Source: an archaeon (GTDB lineage: Archaea; Nanobdellota; Nanobdellia; Pacearchaeales; GW2011-AR1). From it: a DNA stretch of 35,409 nt. The stretch lies in the NCBI GenBank assembly GCA_025453475.1, contig JALOQH010000001.1:1-35409 (forward strand), read 5' to 3'. A program made the position numbers and the translations under genes. The stretch's first letter is position 1, and the number at the start of each line of letters is the position of its first letter. The notes under the pieces were generated by a model that was given only the letters and a program-made list of their open reading frames with translations, ran no database searches and was not told where the DNA came from. Positions 24,271 through 32,119 of this stretch are shown here, in pieces.

Positions 24271-27000
24271 ATGAGAAAAGAGGGGATTGCAGGAATCATC
24301 TTAATATCTTTGATTTTGTGCAGTTTTGGAGTTTTAGCGGCATTTAGCTACAAATCGGAAAATCTTGTTAGCGTGTACAGCGGCGGAGAGAGTATCGCCG
24401 GAACAATAAACATCAGTTTCTCCAATCAGGAAGCGCATTCCATGGTTACAAGCAATTTTAGAGGCAATATCACTCTCCTCGAGCTTCTTAAAAAGAATAA
24501 TTTCAGCGAGGGAAAAGAGTATAACTGCACCAGATTAAACTGCGAGATTGGCTATCAAAAGATAGAGGAGATCACATCTGAAGGGATTGATTTGGAAGGG
24601 GATCCTGTAGTTATTGGATTTGAAATAAAGACTAACGGTGAACTTCTAGAGGATTTGTCAAGATTAAAGCTGTCAATTACCAGTGATGCTGGAAAATCCT
24701 GCGATAGACAAATATCCGTGGATATTCTTGAAAGAGGCGAGGTGATTATGCAAAACAGCAGAAATTCCGGGGAGCTTTGCGGCAGCGAAGAAACCGGATG
24801 TTTTGATTCTGATGCGTCTAGCGCTTGGGCTGATCTCGGGTCAAACCTTTATTGCGAGAACATGACTCTGCCTGCTGCGCCAGCCTTTAAGATTGGGGCT
24901 AATTTAAAAAATGGCACAGCAAATGCCAATATCAAAATGGGGCTGTACGATTTTGAGGGCAATAGTCTTGGAGAATGCACACTTCCCAAAAACAATGAAA
25001 GCATCCAAAAGATTGGATGCACCATAAACTATTCGTTGAGCGAGGAGAGGAGCTTATTTGTCTGCGCATCCTCTGATAACGAAGATGCAGGGTATGGCGT
25101 AAGAGTAGAGCAGGAAAGCCCGAACTGCGGGACAAGTGTGCAGGGGCCTCCGTTCAACAAGGATTATGACTTTTTTGCACGGCCCCTCAAGTTTGATTCT
25201 GTCGGGGTTATGGATATAAATGAAACAACATTTGGAACAGCATATTACGGCGAGAGTCTTGCAGCTTATGCATTCAACTATATCACTCAGAATTACGAGA
25301 ATAACTGTTCAAAGGGATGCGTTGTGCCATTCAAGATAAGCGGCATTGCACAGCATCTTGATTTTGACAATGCCGAATTAAGATACAGCATCGGCGGGCA
25401 GAAGACAACCATTTCCGGATTGTATAAATTTGAAGAAAGAGATGCCCTTATCACAAGCCCGGTTTTAAGGATTGATATTGGAAAAGCAGAGTTTACAATC
25501 CCCGTAACTTCAAATGAAACTGAGCTGTATCTCTACCTGGACGATGAACCTATACTCGAAAGCCCGATTGATATTGAGATAACGCCGGGTTTTGATTTTG
25601 ATGTATTTCCAAAGACAGTTTTGTACGGGGTTAAAACATCATTCTCCGCCATAACCGGGGCAATAATTAATTCCTCTTCATGGAAATTTGGAGACGGCGA
25701 AGAAGATTTTGCTGAAGGAAAGACCATTTCTCACAGGTACACCACATACAATCCTGAGGGATATGCCATTGAAGTTGAACTCGAGAGAAGTGATGGTGTA
25801 ACTGCAAGACGAACATTCAACCTGGCTGTTGAAGGATTGAATGATTCTCTTAATGCAATTATCAAAGAGGATGAGAAGAAGCTTTCTGATATCAATGCAA
25901 AATTAGGCACATTAACTCCGGCGCTTTCAAAGGCTGTAAAAGATGAGATTGGATTTGACGGGATTAATCTTGCTATTTCATCTGCGAAGAACAGCCAGGG
26001 CAATCTGACAATGGATGAAGATTATCTTGTCCTGATTGAGAATCTCCTGGCTCTTTCTGTCCCAGAATCTGTTTCTGAAACAGAGTCGGGCAGTTCTCTG
26101 CCGTTAGTAATTGGCTTTGAAAGCATTGATGTCAGTCAAATCCTGGAAATCTCAGATGTCCAGATTGAATCCGAAGCAGAGCTTGAGAATCTAAAGAAGG
26201 CAATAGTTGTATGGTTTGAGAATAAATACGGCGCAGCTATAGACTACAAAATTATTTCGAGAACAGACGATTTTGGAAGCGAGCCGATTCTGACTTATAT
26301 TAAGATTAACCTGAATCCTAAGGCTGAGAGCAGCGGCGCATATCTGCTTTTGAATTATCCCAGCGAGAGCATTGGATTCCTTGGCAACTATTCTGAAAAA
26401 ACAACTTCTTCAGGCGTCTATATCCCCCTGGACGGCATAACCGCTGTTGAATTCACGATTATCGGAGAGGTAGACCCGAGCAATCTCGGAGTTTACATCT
26501 CACCTGAAGTAAGCCAGGTATATGAAGAGATTGGTGTTGCAGCTGGACCGGAATTCAGCTGGAAAAGATTCTTCCTTGGAATCTTTCTTCTGCTTATTGT
26601 AGCATTTGCAGTGTACATTGCGCTTCAGGAATGGTATAAGAAAAATTATGAAGCGCACCTCTTCAAGAACCAAAACGACCTTTACAATTCCCTGAATTTC
26701 ATCAGTAATTCGAGAAAGTCCAATGTAAAAGACTCAGAAATTAGGAAAAAACTGGAAAGTGCGGGATGGAGCGGCGAGCAGATAGAATACTCGTTCAAGA
26801 AAATAGACGGGAAGAGAACAGGAATGTATGAAATACCAGTACTCAGATTCTTCGAGAAGAGAAAAATAGAGAAAGAGCTTGCCAAGAGACAGCATCCGCA
26901 GATAGCAACAACCGCCTTATTGAAAAAAGAAGCGGGTTCCAAAGAACCGGCTAAAGAGCCAGAGCGAAAGGGATTCTTTTCAATTTTCAAAAAGAGATAG
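24271..27000 (+). CDS. Large acidic surface glycoprotein with PKD domain, TM and small cytoplasmic domain
   Basis: Signal peptide; many N-x-S/T sequons and Cys pairs; PKD signature SWKFGDG...SHRY; TM FFLGIFLLLIVAFAVYIAL; tail motif IRKKL...GW..EQI. Confidence 0.85.
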   Translation: MRKEGIAGIILISLILCSFGVLAAFSYKSENLVSVYSGGESIAGTINISFSNQEAHSMVTSNFRGNITLLELLKKNNFSEGKEYNCTRLNCEIGYQKIEEITSEGIDLEGDPVVIGFEIKTNGELLEDLSRLKLSITSDAGKSCDRQISVDILERGEVIMQNSRNSGELCGSEETGCFDSDASSAWADLGSNLYCENMTLPAAPAFKIGANLKNGTANANIKMGLYDFEGNSLGECTLPKNNESIQKIGCTINYSLSEERSLFVCASSDNEDAGYGVRVEQESPNCGTSVQGPPFNKDYDFFARPLKFDSVGVMDINETTFGTAYYGESLAAYAFNYITQNYENNCSKGCVVPFKISGIAQHLDFDNAELRYSIGGQKTTISGLYKFEERDALITSPVLRIDIGKAEFTIPVTSNETELYLYLDDEPILESPIDIEITPGFDFDVFPKTVLYGVKTSFSAITGAIINSSSWKFGDGEEDFAEGKTISHRYTTYNPEGYAIEVELERSDGVTARRTFNLAVEGLNDSLNAIIKEDEKKLSDINAKLGTLTPALSKAVKDEIGFDGINLAISSAKNSQGNLTMDEDYLVLIENLLALSVPESVSETESGSSLPLVIGFESIDVSQILEISDVQIESEAELENLKKAIVVWFENKYGAAIDYKIISRTDDFGSEPILTYIKINLNPKAESSGAYLLLNYPSESIGFLGNYSEKTTSSGVYIPLDGITAVEFTIIGEVDPSNLGVYISPEVSQVYEEIGVAAGPEFSWKRFFLGIFLLLIVAFAVYIALQEWYKKNYEAHLFKNQNDLYNSLNFISNSRKSNVKDSEIRKKLESAGWSGEQIEYSFKKIDGKRTGMYEIPVLRFFEKRKIEKELAKRQHPQIATTALLKKEAGSKEPAKEPERKGFFSIFKKR

Positions 27001-27035
27001 CAAGGTTTATTAAATCACCAGGTTTAAAGAAAAAT

Positions 27036-27674
27036 ATGATTAGGATATTAAAAAATTTTGCGAGGAGGATGCTCAACGCAATTTTCAAAAGAAGAGGGCA
27101 TATAAAAATCGGATTTTATGGCCCCCCAAATGCCGGGAAAACAAGCATTGCCAACAAAATATGCAAAGACTGGACCGGCGAGGAAATAGGAGTTGTCAGC
27201 AAGGTTCCGCATGAGACCCGGCATGTGCAATTCAAGGAAAAAGTTGATATTAAATACAAGGGGAAGAGTTTAACATTTAAAATTGTCGATACCCCTGGGA
27301 TTGCCACAAAAATAGATTATGAAGACTTTGTTGAGCTGGGTTTGAAGAAAAAAGATGCGAAGAAAAGGGCGAAAGAAGCGACGCAGGGCGTAATTGAATC
27401 CATACAGTGGCTGGAGGACATGGATGCGGTTGTTGTAGTGCTGGATTCAACAGAGAATCCATATACGCAGGTGAACATAACCATCATTGGAAATCTTGTT
27501 GCGCGGAAAATACCAATATTAATCGTGGCTAATAAAACAGATCTGAAAAAATCAGACATGAAGGCGATTGAAACTGCATTTCCGGAATATGATATTGTCG
27601 GAATTTCAGCAAAGGAGGGGCTGAACTTTGACGAGTTCTACGAAGCAATATTCAAAATAGCAAAGAAGGTTTAA
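27036..27674 (+). CDS. oapA: Small Era-like GTPase, OapA/ArvA family
   Basis: G1 GPPNAGKTS, G2 PHETR, G3 DTPG, G4 NKTD, G5 SAK; family motifs IDYEDF, EATQGV, PYTQVN; followed by DUF2073-like and Zn-ribbon genes. Confidence 0.9.
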   Translation: MIRILKNFARRMLNAIFKRRGHIKIGFYGPPNAGKTSIANKICKDWTGEEIGVVSKVPHETRHVQFKEKVDIKYKGKSLTFKIVDTPGIATKIDYEDFVELGLKKKDAKKRAKEATQGVIESIQWLEDMDAVVVVLDSTENPYTQVNITIIGNLVARKIPILIVANKTDLKKSDMKAIETAFPEYDIVGISAKEGLNFDEFYEAIFKIAKKV

Positions 27675-27675
27675 A

Positions 27676-27882
27676 ATGGTCTCAAAATTAACAACAGGCA
27701 AGATACAGGTCTGGGCTGGAGGGATTTTGGCCATATTCTCAATTGCGGGAATAATCGGCTCGTCCTATGCAATAAGTGCAATTGGTTCTCTTAGAATTTT
27801 TGAGAGGTCGACGTGGGCGGTTCTTGCCGTATTGGCCGTGATGTTAATGCTGGAGGGCTTGGCAAATATTTCTGAATTGTAA
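27676..27882 (+). CDS. Small two-TM membrane protein (68 aa)
   Basis: Two hydrophobic segments; 1-nt gaps to both neighbours. Confidence 0.7.
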   Translation: MVSKLTTGKIQVWAGGILAIFSIAGIIGSSYAISAIGSLRIFERSTWAVLAVLAVMLMLEGLANISEL

Positions 27883-27883
27883 A

Positions 27884-28273
27884 ATGGCGGTGAAAAAAAT
27901 AAGGGGCTTGAGTCTGCAGGTGATTCCGTTTGCTGAATTGAGAGTATTGTCAATATCTGAGAGGGTTAAGAAGATACTGGGGCTTGTCCTTGGGAATAAG
28001 ATAGTGATAATTCATGGAAGACTGAGGGCGGAAGAGGAAGCAAGGCTTATTGAAGATACAATGGCAATGGTAGATCATATCAAGGGATTCAAGGGAATAG
28101 AGCTGGCAGTCATTGAACCAAACATGAAGGACGAGAGCATATTCATCAGGATGAAGCATGGAATAGCAAAATCCCTTGTCGGCGATAGTTCCGCGCTCAC
28201 GGTCATTGGACCAGCATCCATAATAAAGGAGATAAAAAAAGACCCGAAGAAAATAGAGCTTCTCCTGAAGTGA
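27884..28273 (+). CDS. oapB: DUF2073 family protein (OapB/ArvB)
   Basis: IV...G.L..EEEA.LIE.TM, F.GIE, LTVIGPA..I..IKKDP. Confidence 0.88.
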   Translation: MAVKKIRGLSLQVIPFAELRVLSISERVKKILGLVLGNKIVIIHGRLRAEEEARLIEDTMAMVDHIKGFKGIELAVIEPNMKDESIFIRMKHGIAKSLVGDSSALTVIGPASIIKEIKKDPKKIELLLK

Positions 28274-28313
28274 CTATATAAAAATTTATTAAGTGCGTGT
28301 CTTTTACGAAAAT

Positions 28314-28712
28314 ATGGCTTACAAATGCGTTCACTGTTCTGCGGTTTATGGAGATTATTCCTCAGAGGTAATTAACGGATGCTCCAAGGATGGTTGCAAG
28401 AGCAAGTTCTTTTTTTATATAAGGGACGAAAAACTTAGGGAGATAGAGAAGAAAAAGGAAGCTGAACCAAAATTCACCTCCTCTGAAAAGAAACAAATGG
28501 AGAAAGATGTCAGGGATATTGCCGGGATAAGGGATGAAGAGATGCCTGTTTTTCTTGATTTTGAAAGTATAAGAATAATGAAGCCGGGCAAATATCTTCT
28601 TGATTTGCAGAAGCTCTTTGATATAAAGAAGCCGAGAGTTTACCAGCTTGAAGACGGCAAATATGTTGTTGACCTGGCTGCTACAATCGCAGGCGTTAAA
28701 CCAGTTAAGTGA
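28314..28712 (+). CDS. oapC: Zn-ribbon protein, DUF2072/COG3364-like (OapC/ArvC)
   Basis: Start at MAYKCVHC; GC...C...F.Y, ESIRI..PGKY..DL..L, EDGKY; TTTATTAA 21 nt upstream. Confidence 0.88.
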   Translation: MAYKCVHCSAVYGDYSSEVINGCSKDGCKSKFFFYIRDEKLREIEKKKEAEPKFTSSEKKQMEKDVRDIAGIRDEEMPVFLDFESIRIMKPGKYLLDLQKLFDIKKPRVYQLEDGKYVVDLAATIAGVKPVK

Positions 28713-28744
28713 AACCTTTTAAATGTGTTTTCATTCCCTAATGC

Positions 28745-30019
28745 ATGACTATAAAGAGTGTTTTGGATAGCCTTGACTTATTTCCTGACAAAAGCAGCAT
28801 CTCTGTTTTGCAGGAAAGGACCAAAGAGCTGTGCTCTCTAATCCGCGATGGAATAAAGGCGGCAGGCATTGACGCAGAGGTGTTTCCCGGCGGAAGTTTT
28901 TCCAAAGCCACCCTCGTAAAAGGAGAATTTTACGATGTTGATATTTTTGTCAGATTTAATTGGAAGCATGAGGGCATCTCAGAACTCCTGAACAGAATTC
29001 TTACTAAAATTGCAAAAAAGAACAAATTGAATCTTGAGAAACTTCATGGCAGCAGGGATTATTTCAGGTTTCTTGAAGGCAAGAATATCATATTTGAAAT
29101 TGTTCCCGTAACAAAGATAAAGAAGCCAAAAGAAGCAAGAAATGTCACGGATTTAAGCTATTTCCATGTCAACTATGCAAAAAGAAAGCTCGGGAAGAAT
29201 CTTGCAAAAGAGGTTATTTTTGCAAAGCAGTTCTGCAAGGCGCAGAAAGTTTACGGAGCTGAAAGTTATGTGCAGGGATTTTCAGGATATTCGCTTGAAT
29301 GCCTGATAATAAATTACAAATCTTTTGAGAAGATGCTGAAAGCGCTGGTAAAAGTCAAGAAAGGCGGGAGATTAATCATTGATCCTGGCAATGCCTTCAA
29401 GAGAAAAGCAGATGTTCTTTTCGAGATGAATGAAAGCAAGCTTAACAGCCCGATTATACTTGTAGACCCGACATGGAAAGAAAGAAATGCGTTGGCGGCA
29501 TTGAGCAGGGCAACATTCGAGAGATTCCAGGAAGCAGCAGCCTCTTTCCTGAAACGCCCAAGCAGGAGCTTTTTTGAGATTGAGAAGTTAGACATAATAA
29601 AAATGAGAAATAGAGTGAAGAAAGGCGAGGAATTCGCCAGCATTGAACTATCAACAGACAAACAGCCAGGAGATATCGCTGGCACAAAGATGAGGAAGTT
29701 CTCAAATTACCTGTCAAAAGAATTATCAAGATATTTTAACATACGGGAGAGTGAATTTGAATATAATGGAGAAACCAGGGCGGTTTTTGCCCTAATTCTG
29801 GAATCAAAGGGCGAGATAATGCGGGCTGGGCCCCCAGTAAAAATGGAGAAAGATGCAAAGGCTTTCAAAAAGCAGAACAAGAATGTTTTTGAAAAACAAG
29901 GACGACTGCATGCAAAGATAAAGGTTAATTTCACGGCAAAGAAGTTTATTCACGAGTTCTCAAAGAAATACAAAAAGACAATTGAAGGAATGGGAATTAA
30001 CGGATTGAAAGTTAATTAG
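28745..30019 (+). CDS. cca: Class I CCA-adding tRNA nucleotidyltransferase
   Basis: GSFSK.T...DVDIF, YGAE....GFSGY..E, DPT...RN..AALS. Confidence 0.93.
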   Translation: MTIKSVLDSLDLFPDKSSISVLQERTKELCSLIRDGIKAAGIDAEVFPGGSFSKATLVKGEFYDVDIFVRFNWKHEGISELLNRILTKIAKKNKLNLEKLHGSRDYFRFLEGKNIIFEIVPVTKIKKPKEARNVTDLSYFHVNYAKRKLGKNLAKEVIFAKQFCKAQKVYGAESYVQGFSGYSLECLIINYKSFEKMLKALVKVKKGGRLIIDPGNAFKRKADVLFEMNESKLNSPIILVDPTWKERNALAALSRATFERFQEAAASFLKRPSRSFFEIEKLDIIKMRNRVKKGEEFASIELSTDKQPGDIAGTKMRKFSNYLSKELSRYFNIRESEFEYNGETRAVFALILESKGEIMRAGPPVKMEKDAKAFKKQNKNVFEKQGRLHAKIKVNFTAKKFIHEFSKKYKKTIEGMGINGLKVN

Positions 30020-30297
30020 GGGTGGTTATTTCCGAGTTCCCTCATGCGTGCTACTAAATTCCGCGTATTCTGATTTGGAGTGTATCCTAAACCAATCATT
30101 GTGTAGGTAACCTCGAGAATCAGAGCAGAGGGTAAAAATCTGGGGGAAATTCTTGGCTCATCTTTTCTGAAACTGGCAGCTTTGTCATGCACAATCTGTC
30201 TCAAAATTAATTTATCTGCCACACCAAACTTTTCATCAAAATAACTTTCACAAATCCATAAAAACTCTCGGTATAGTCCCATATCCTCCTCGGACAT
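30016..30297 (-). CDS. Hypothetical protein
   Basis: ATG 2 nt after the TrmB-family stop; 4-nt convergent overlap with cca; no motif recognised. Confidence 0.6.
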   Translation of the reverse strand: MSEEDMGLYREFLWICESYFDEKFGVADKLILRQIVHDKAASFRKDEPRISPRFLPSALILEVTYTMIGLGYTPNQNTRNLVARMRELGNNHP

Positions 30298-30299
30298 AT

Positions 30300-31079
30300 T
30301 TATTCCTTCCTTAAAGAAGTCTCGATTATGTTTGTGAGGGATTCTGTGAAGAAAGGCGAGTCAAGCCAGACACCTATTTCTTCCTCTGAATTTTCAGGGG
30401 TTACCATAAACATTACTTCTTTTCTGTCTGCCATGAAAACTCTTGCATTGGACTCAATTGGCTTTGCTTTCAGTCCAAGCTTGGCATTAAGCTTCTTGAT
30501 TTTTTCAGGATCGCCTGAAAGAGCGAGCTTTATCCTTATTTCATTCTTATTCAGCTTTTCGAGAGTTGACAAAAGAACCCTGCTCTTGTCCTCAAAATCA
30601 GAAACAGATGTGCAGATAAGAGCTTCTTTCTTTGAATTCTCAAGCAATTCGCGCATTCTTGAGAGGATGTTTGACCTGCCCCTGATTGAACCTGCAATCT
30701 CGCTTGATTTGATTGGAGATATTCCGGAATTATGCAGCTGTTCGAGCTCAATATATTCCTGGGTTGTTTTAAGAGTGGAAAGAGACTTTACCTTTTCCTG
30801 CGCTTCGAAGAGTGTCTTTGATTTTATCTTTTCTATAACCTCTGTAGGCTTTACTGCAATGTATTTGACAGGCTTGCCTATCTTGGTTATTGCGAAACCG
30901 CGCTTTTCCAGGGATTCGAGAACGTCGTAGGTCCTGCTTCTTGGAACGCCTGAAAGCTCGGCAACCTCTCCTGCAGAGGCAATTCCCTTTGAGAGCAGTG
31001 CTAGCCAGACCTTGGTTTCATAAATATTCAGATTGAAATATTCCCTAATTCTCTTTACCAGTTCAGGTTTTATTATCAT
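30300..31079 (-). CDS. TrmB family transcriptional regulator
   Basis: LN.YE.KV..ALL, A.E....SGVPRSRTYDVLESL..RGF, GKP.KY.A; C-terminal D.KE effector-like domain. Confidence 0.93.
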   Translation of the reverse strand: MIIKPELVKRIREYFNLNIYETKVWLALLSKGIASAGEVAELSGVPRSRTYDVLESLEKRGFAITKIGKPVKYIAVKPTEVIEKIKSKTLFEAQEKVKSLSTLKTTQEYIELEQLHNSGISPIKSSEIAGSIRGRSNILSRMRELLENSKKEALICTSVSDFEDKSRVLLSTLEKLNKNEIRIKLALSGDPEKIKKLNAKLGLKAKPIESNARVFMADRKEVMFMVTPENSEEEIGVWLDSPFFTESLTNIIETSLRKE

Positions 31080-31100
31080 TCCTTAATGACAAATAACCGA

Positions 31101-31108
31101 TATATAAA
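31101..31108 (-). promoter_or_regulatory. TATA box (with purine-rich BRE) of the TrmB-family gene
   Basis: AGAAAGG-TTTATATA on the minus strand, 21 nt upstream of ATG 31079. Confidence 0.7.
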
Positions 31109-31202
31109 CCTTTCTGTTGTACCCATTTAAGAGTTACAACAAATAGGAGGTTTTAAGAAGGGGGGATTTGGCTTTTAAACGCAGGTATTGGTATTTTGGA
31201 GA

Positions 31203-32099
31203 TTAATACAGATACTGCAAGGTGTAGATGATACCTAGGGCTATAAAGCACCCCGCGGTAATGAAAGGCATTGCAGGATAGAACTTTCCTTTCTTGGAGA
31301 TGTAGAATAGGAATGAGAGGGCAGCTGTGGCTCCAAGCGTTACCATGAATGCACTAAGCAGTCCGAACTGGCGGAAGACAACGCCTGCCAGAATCATTGG
31401 GAAGACAACGTCACCTCCCCCAAGAATCGCAAGACTGATTTTTATCTTCTTAAGCCTCGTCTTTTTGCGCTTTGATTTTGAAGCATTTTTTATCATATCG
31501 CGCTCTTTCTTTCCAATATACGGCACAAAGAACCCAGAGAATAACTTAAGTTTCTGAATCTGATATTTTGCCATTTTCTGCATGAAACCAGAATGCCAGA
31601 CCGCGTACATGTCGTAGAGCGATATTAGAATGAGGAGAAGCGCAACTGTCCAGAGATTAAGGAGAGGTATGAAAATAACAGCTATTCCAGGATATATCAG
31701 GAGTTCTGTGAGGTTATGCACGAGAATATTTCTTCTGAATATCTTGATAAATGCGAGCGGAAGCGCAATAATCAGAGAGACTATGGCTGCATACGGCAAT
31801 CCAATTAACGCGGCGTTTGCGGTAATTGCGATTGCCAGCACTACTACCAGAAAGAACCATATTCTGAGAAGAAGTTCTGCATTAAATTTCATTAGGAAGA
31901 GCATAATAACAACTGCGAATATCACTGCAGTGACTATTGAAAAGAGGCTGGTTTTAGGATCTATGTCCTTCGGAGGGCTCATCCCATAGGGAATGTTGTC
32001 GTTTTGTGTGAAATATACCTGAGTTACAGCCAAACCAATGAGCTGGGTAAAGAAGAACATGCCCAGAAGAAGCGCAACAATTTTTATGGAGTGTTTCAT
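31203..32099 (-). CDS. Presenilin/SPP-family intramembrane aspartyl protease
   Basis: YD (SLYDMYAVW), LGGGD, PAMP (PAL-like) motifs; polytopic. Confidence 0.92.
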   Translation of the reverse strand: MKHSIKIVALLLGMFFFTQLIGLAVTQVYFTQNDNIPYGMSPPKDIDPKTSLFSIVTAVIFAVVIMLFLMKFNAELLLRIWFFLVVVLAIAITANAALIGLPYAAIVSLIIALPLAFIKIFRRNILVHNLTELLIYPGIAVIFIPLLNLWTVALLLILISLYDMYAVWHSGFMQKMAKYQIQKLKLFSGFFVPYIGKKERDMIKNASKSKRKKTRLKKIKISLAILGGGDVVFPMILAGVVFRQFGLLSAFMVTLGATAALSFLFYISKKGKFYPAMPFITAGCFIALGIIYTLQYLY

Positions 32100-32119
32100 G
32101 ATTCTTTTAAGGTATTGGA

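Noticed and set aside
26548..26625. GPEF before the TM of the PKD protein as a PEF-CTERM signal
   Set aside because: Followed by a cytoplasmic domain of over 100 aa, so it is not a C-terminal sorting signal.
26990..28760. Replication origin next to oapABC as in haloarchaea
   Set aside because: No cdc6/orc1, no long AT-rich intergenic region and no ORB repeats in the window.
31203..32099. GxGD protease as the missing prepilin peptidase
   Set aside because: YD/LGxGD/PAMP pattern is presenilin/SPP-type, not PibD/FlaK, and it lies in the psmB-aCPSF1 context. The peptidase is probably elsewhere.
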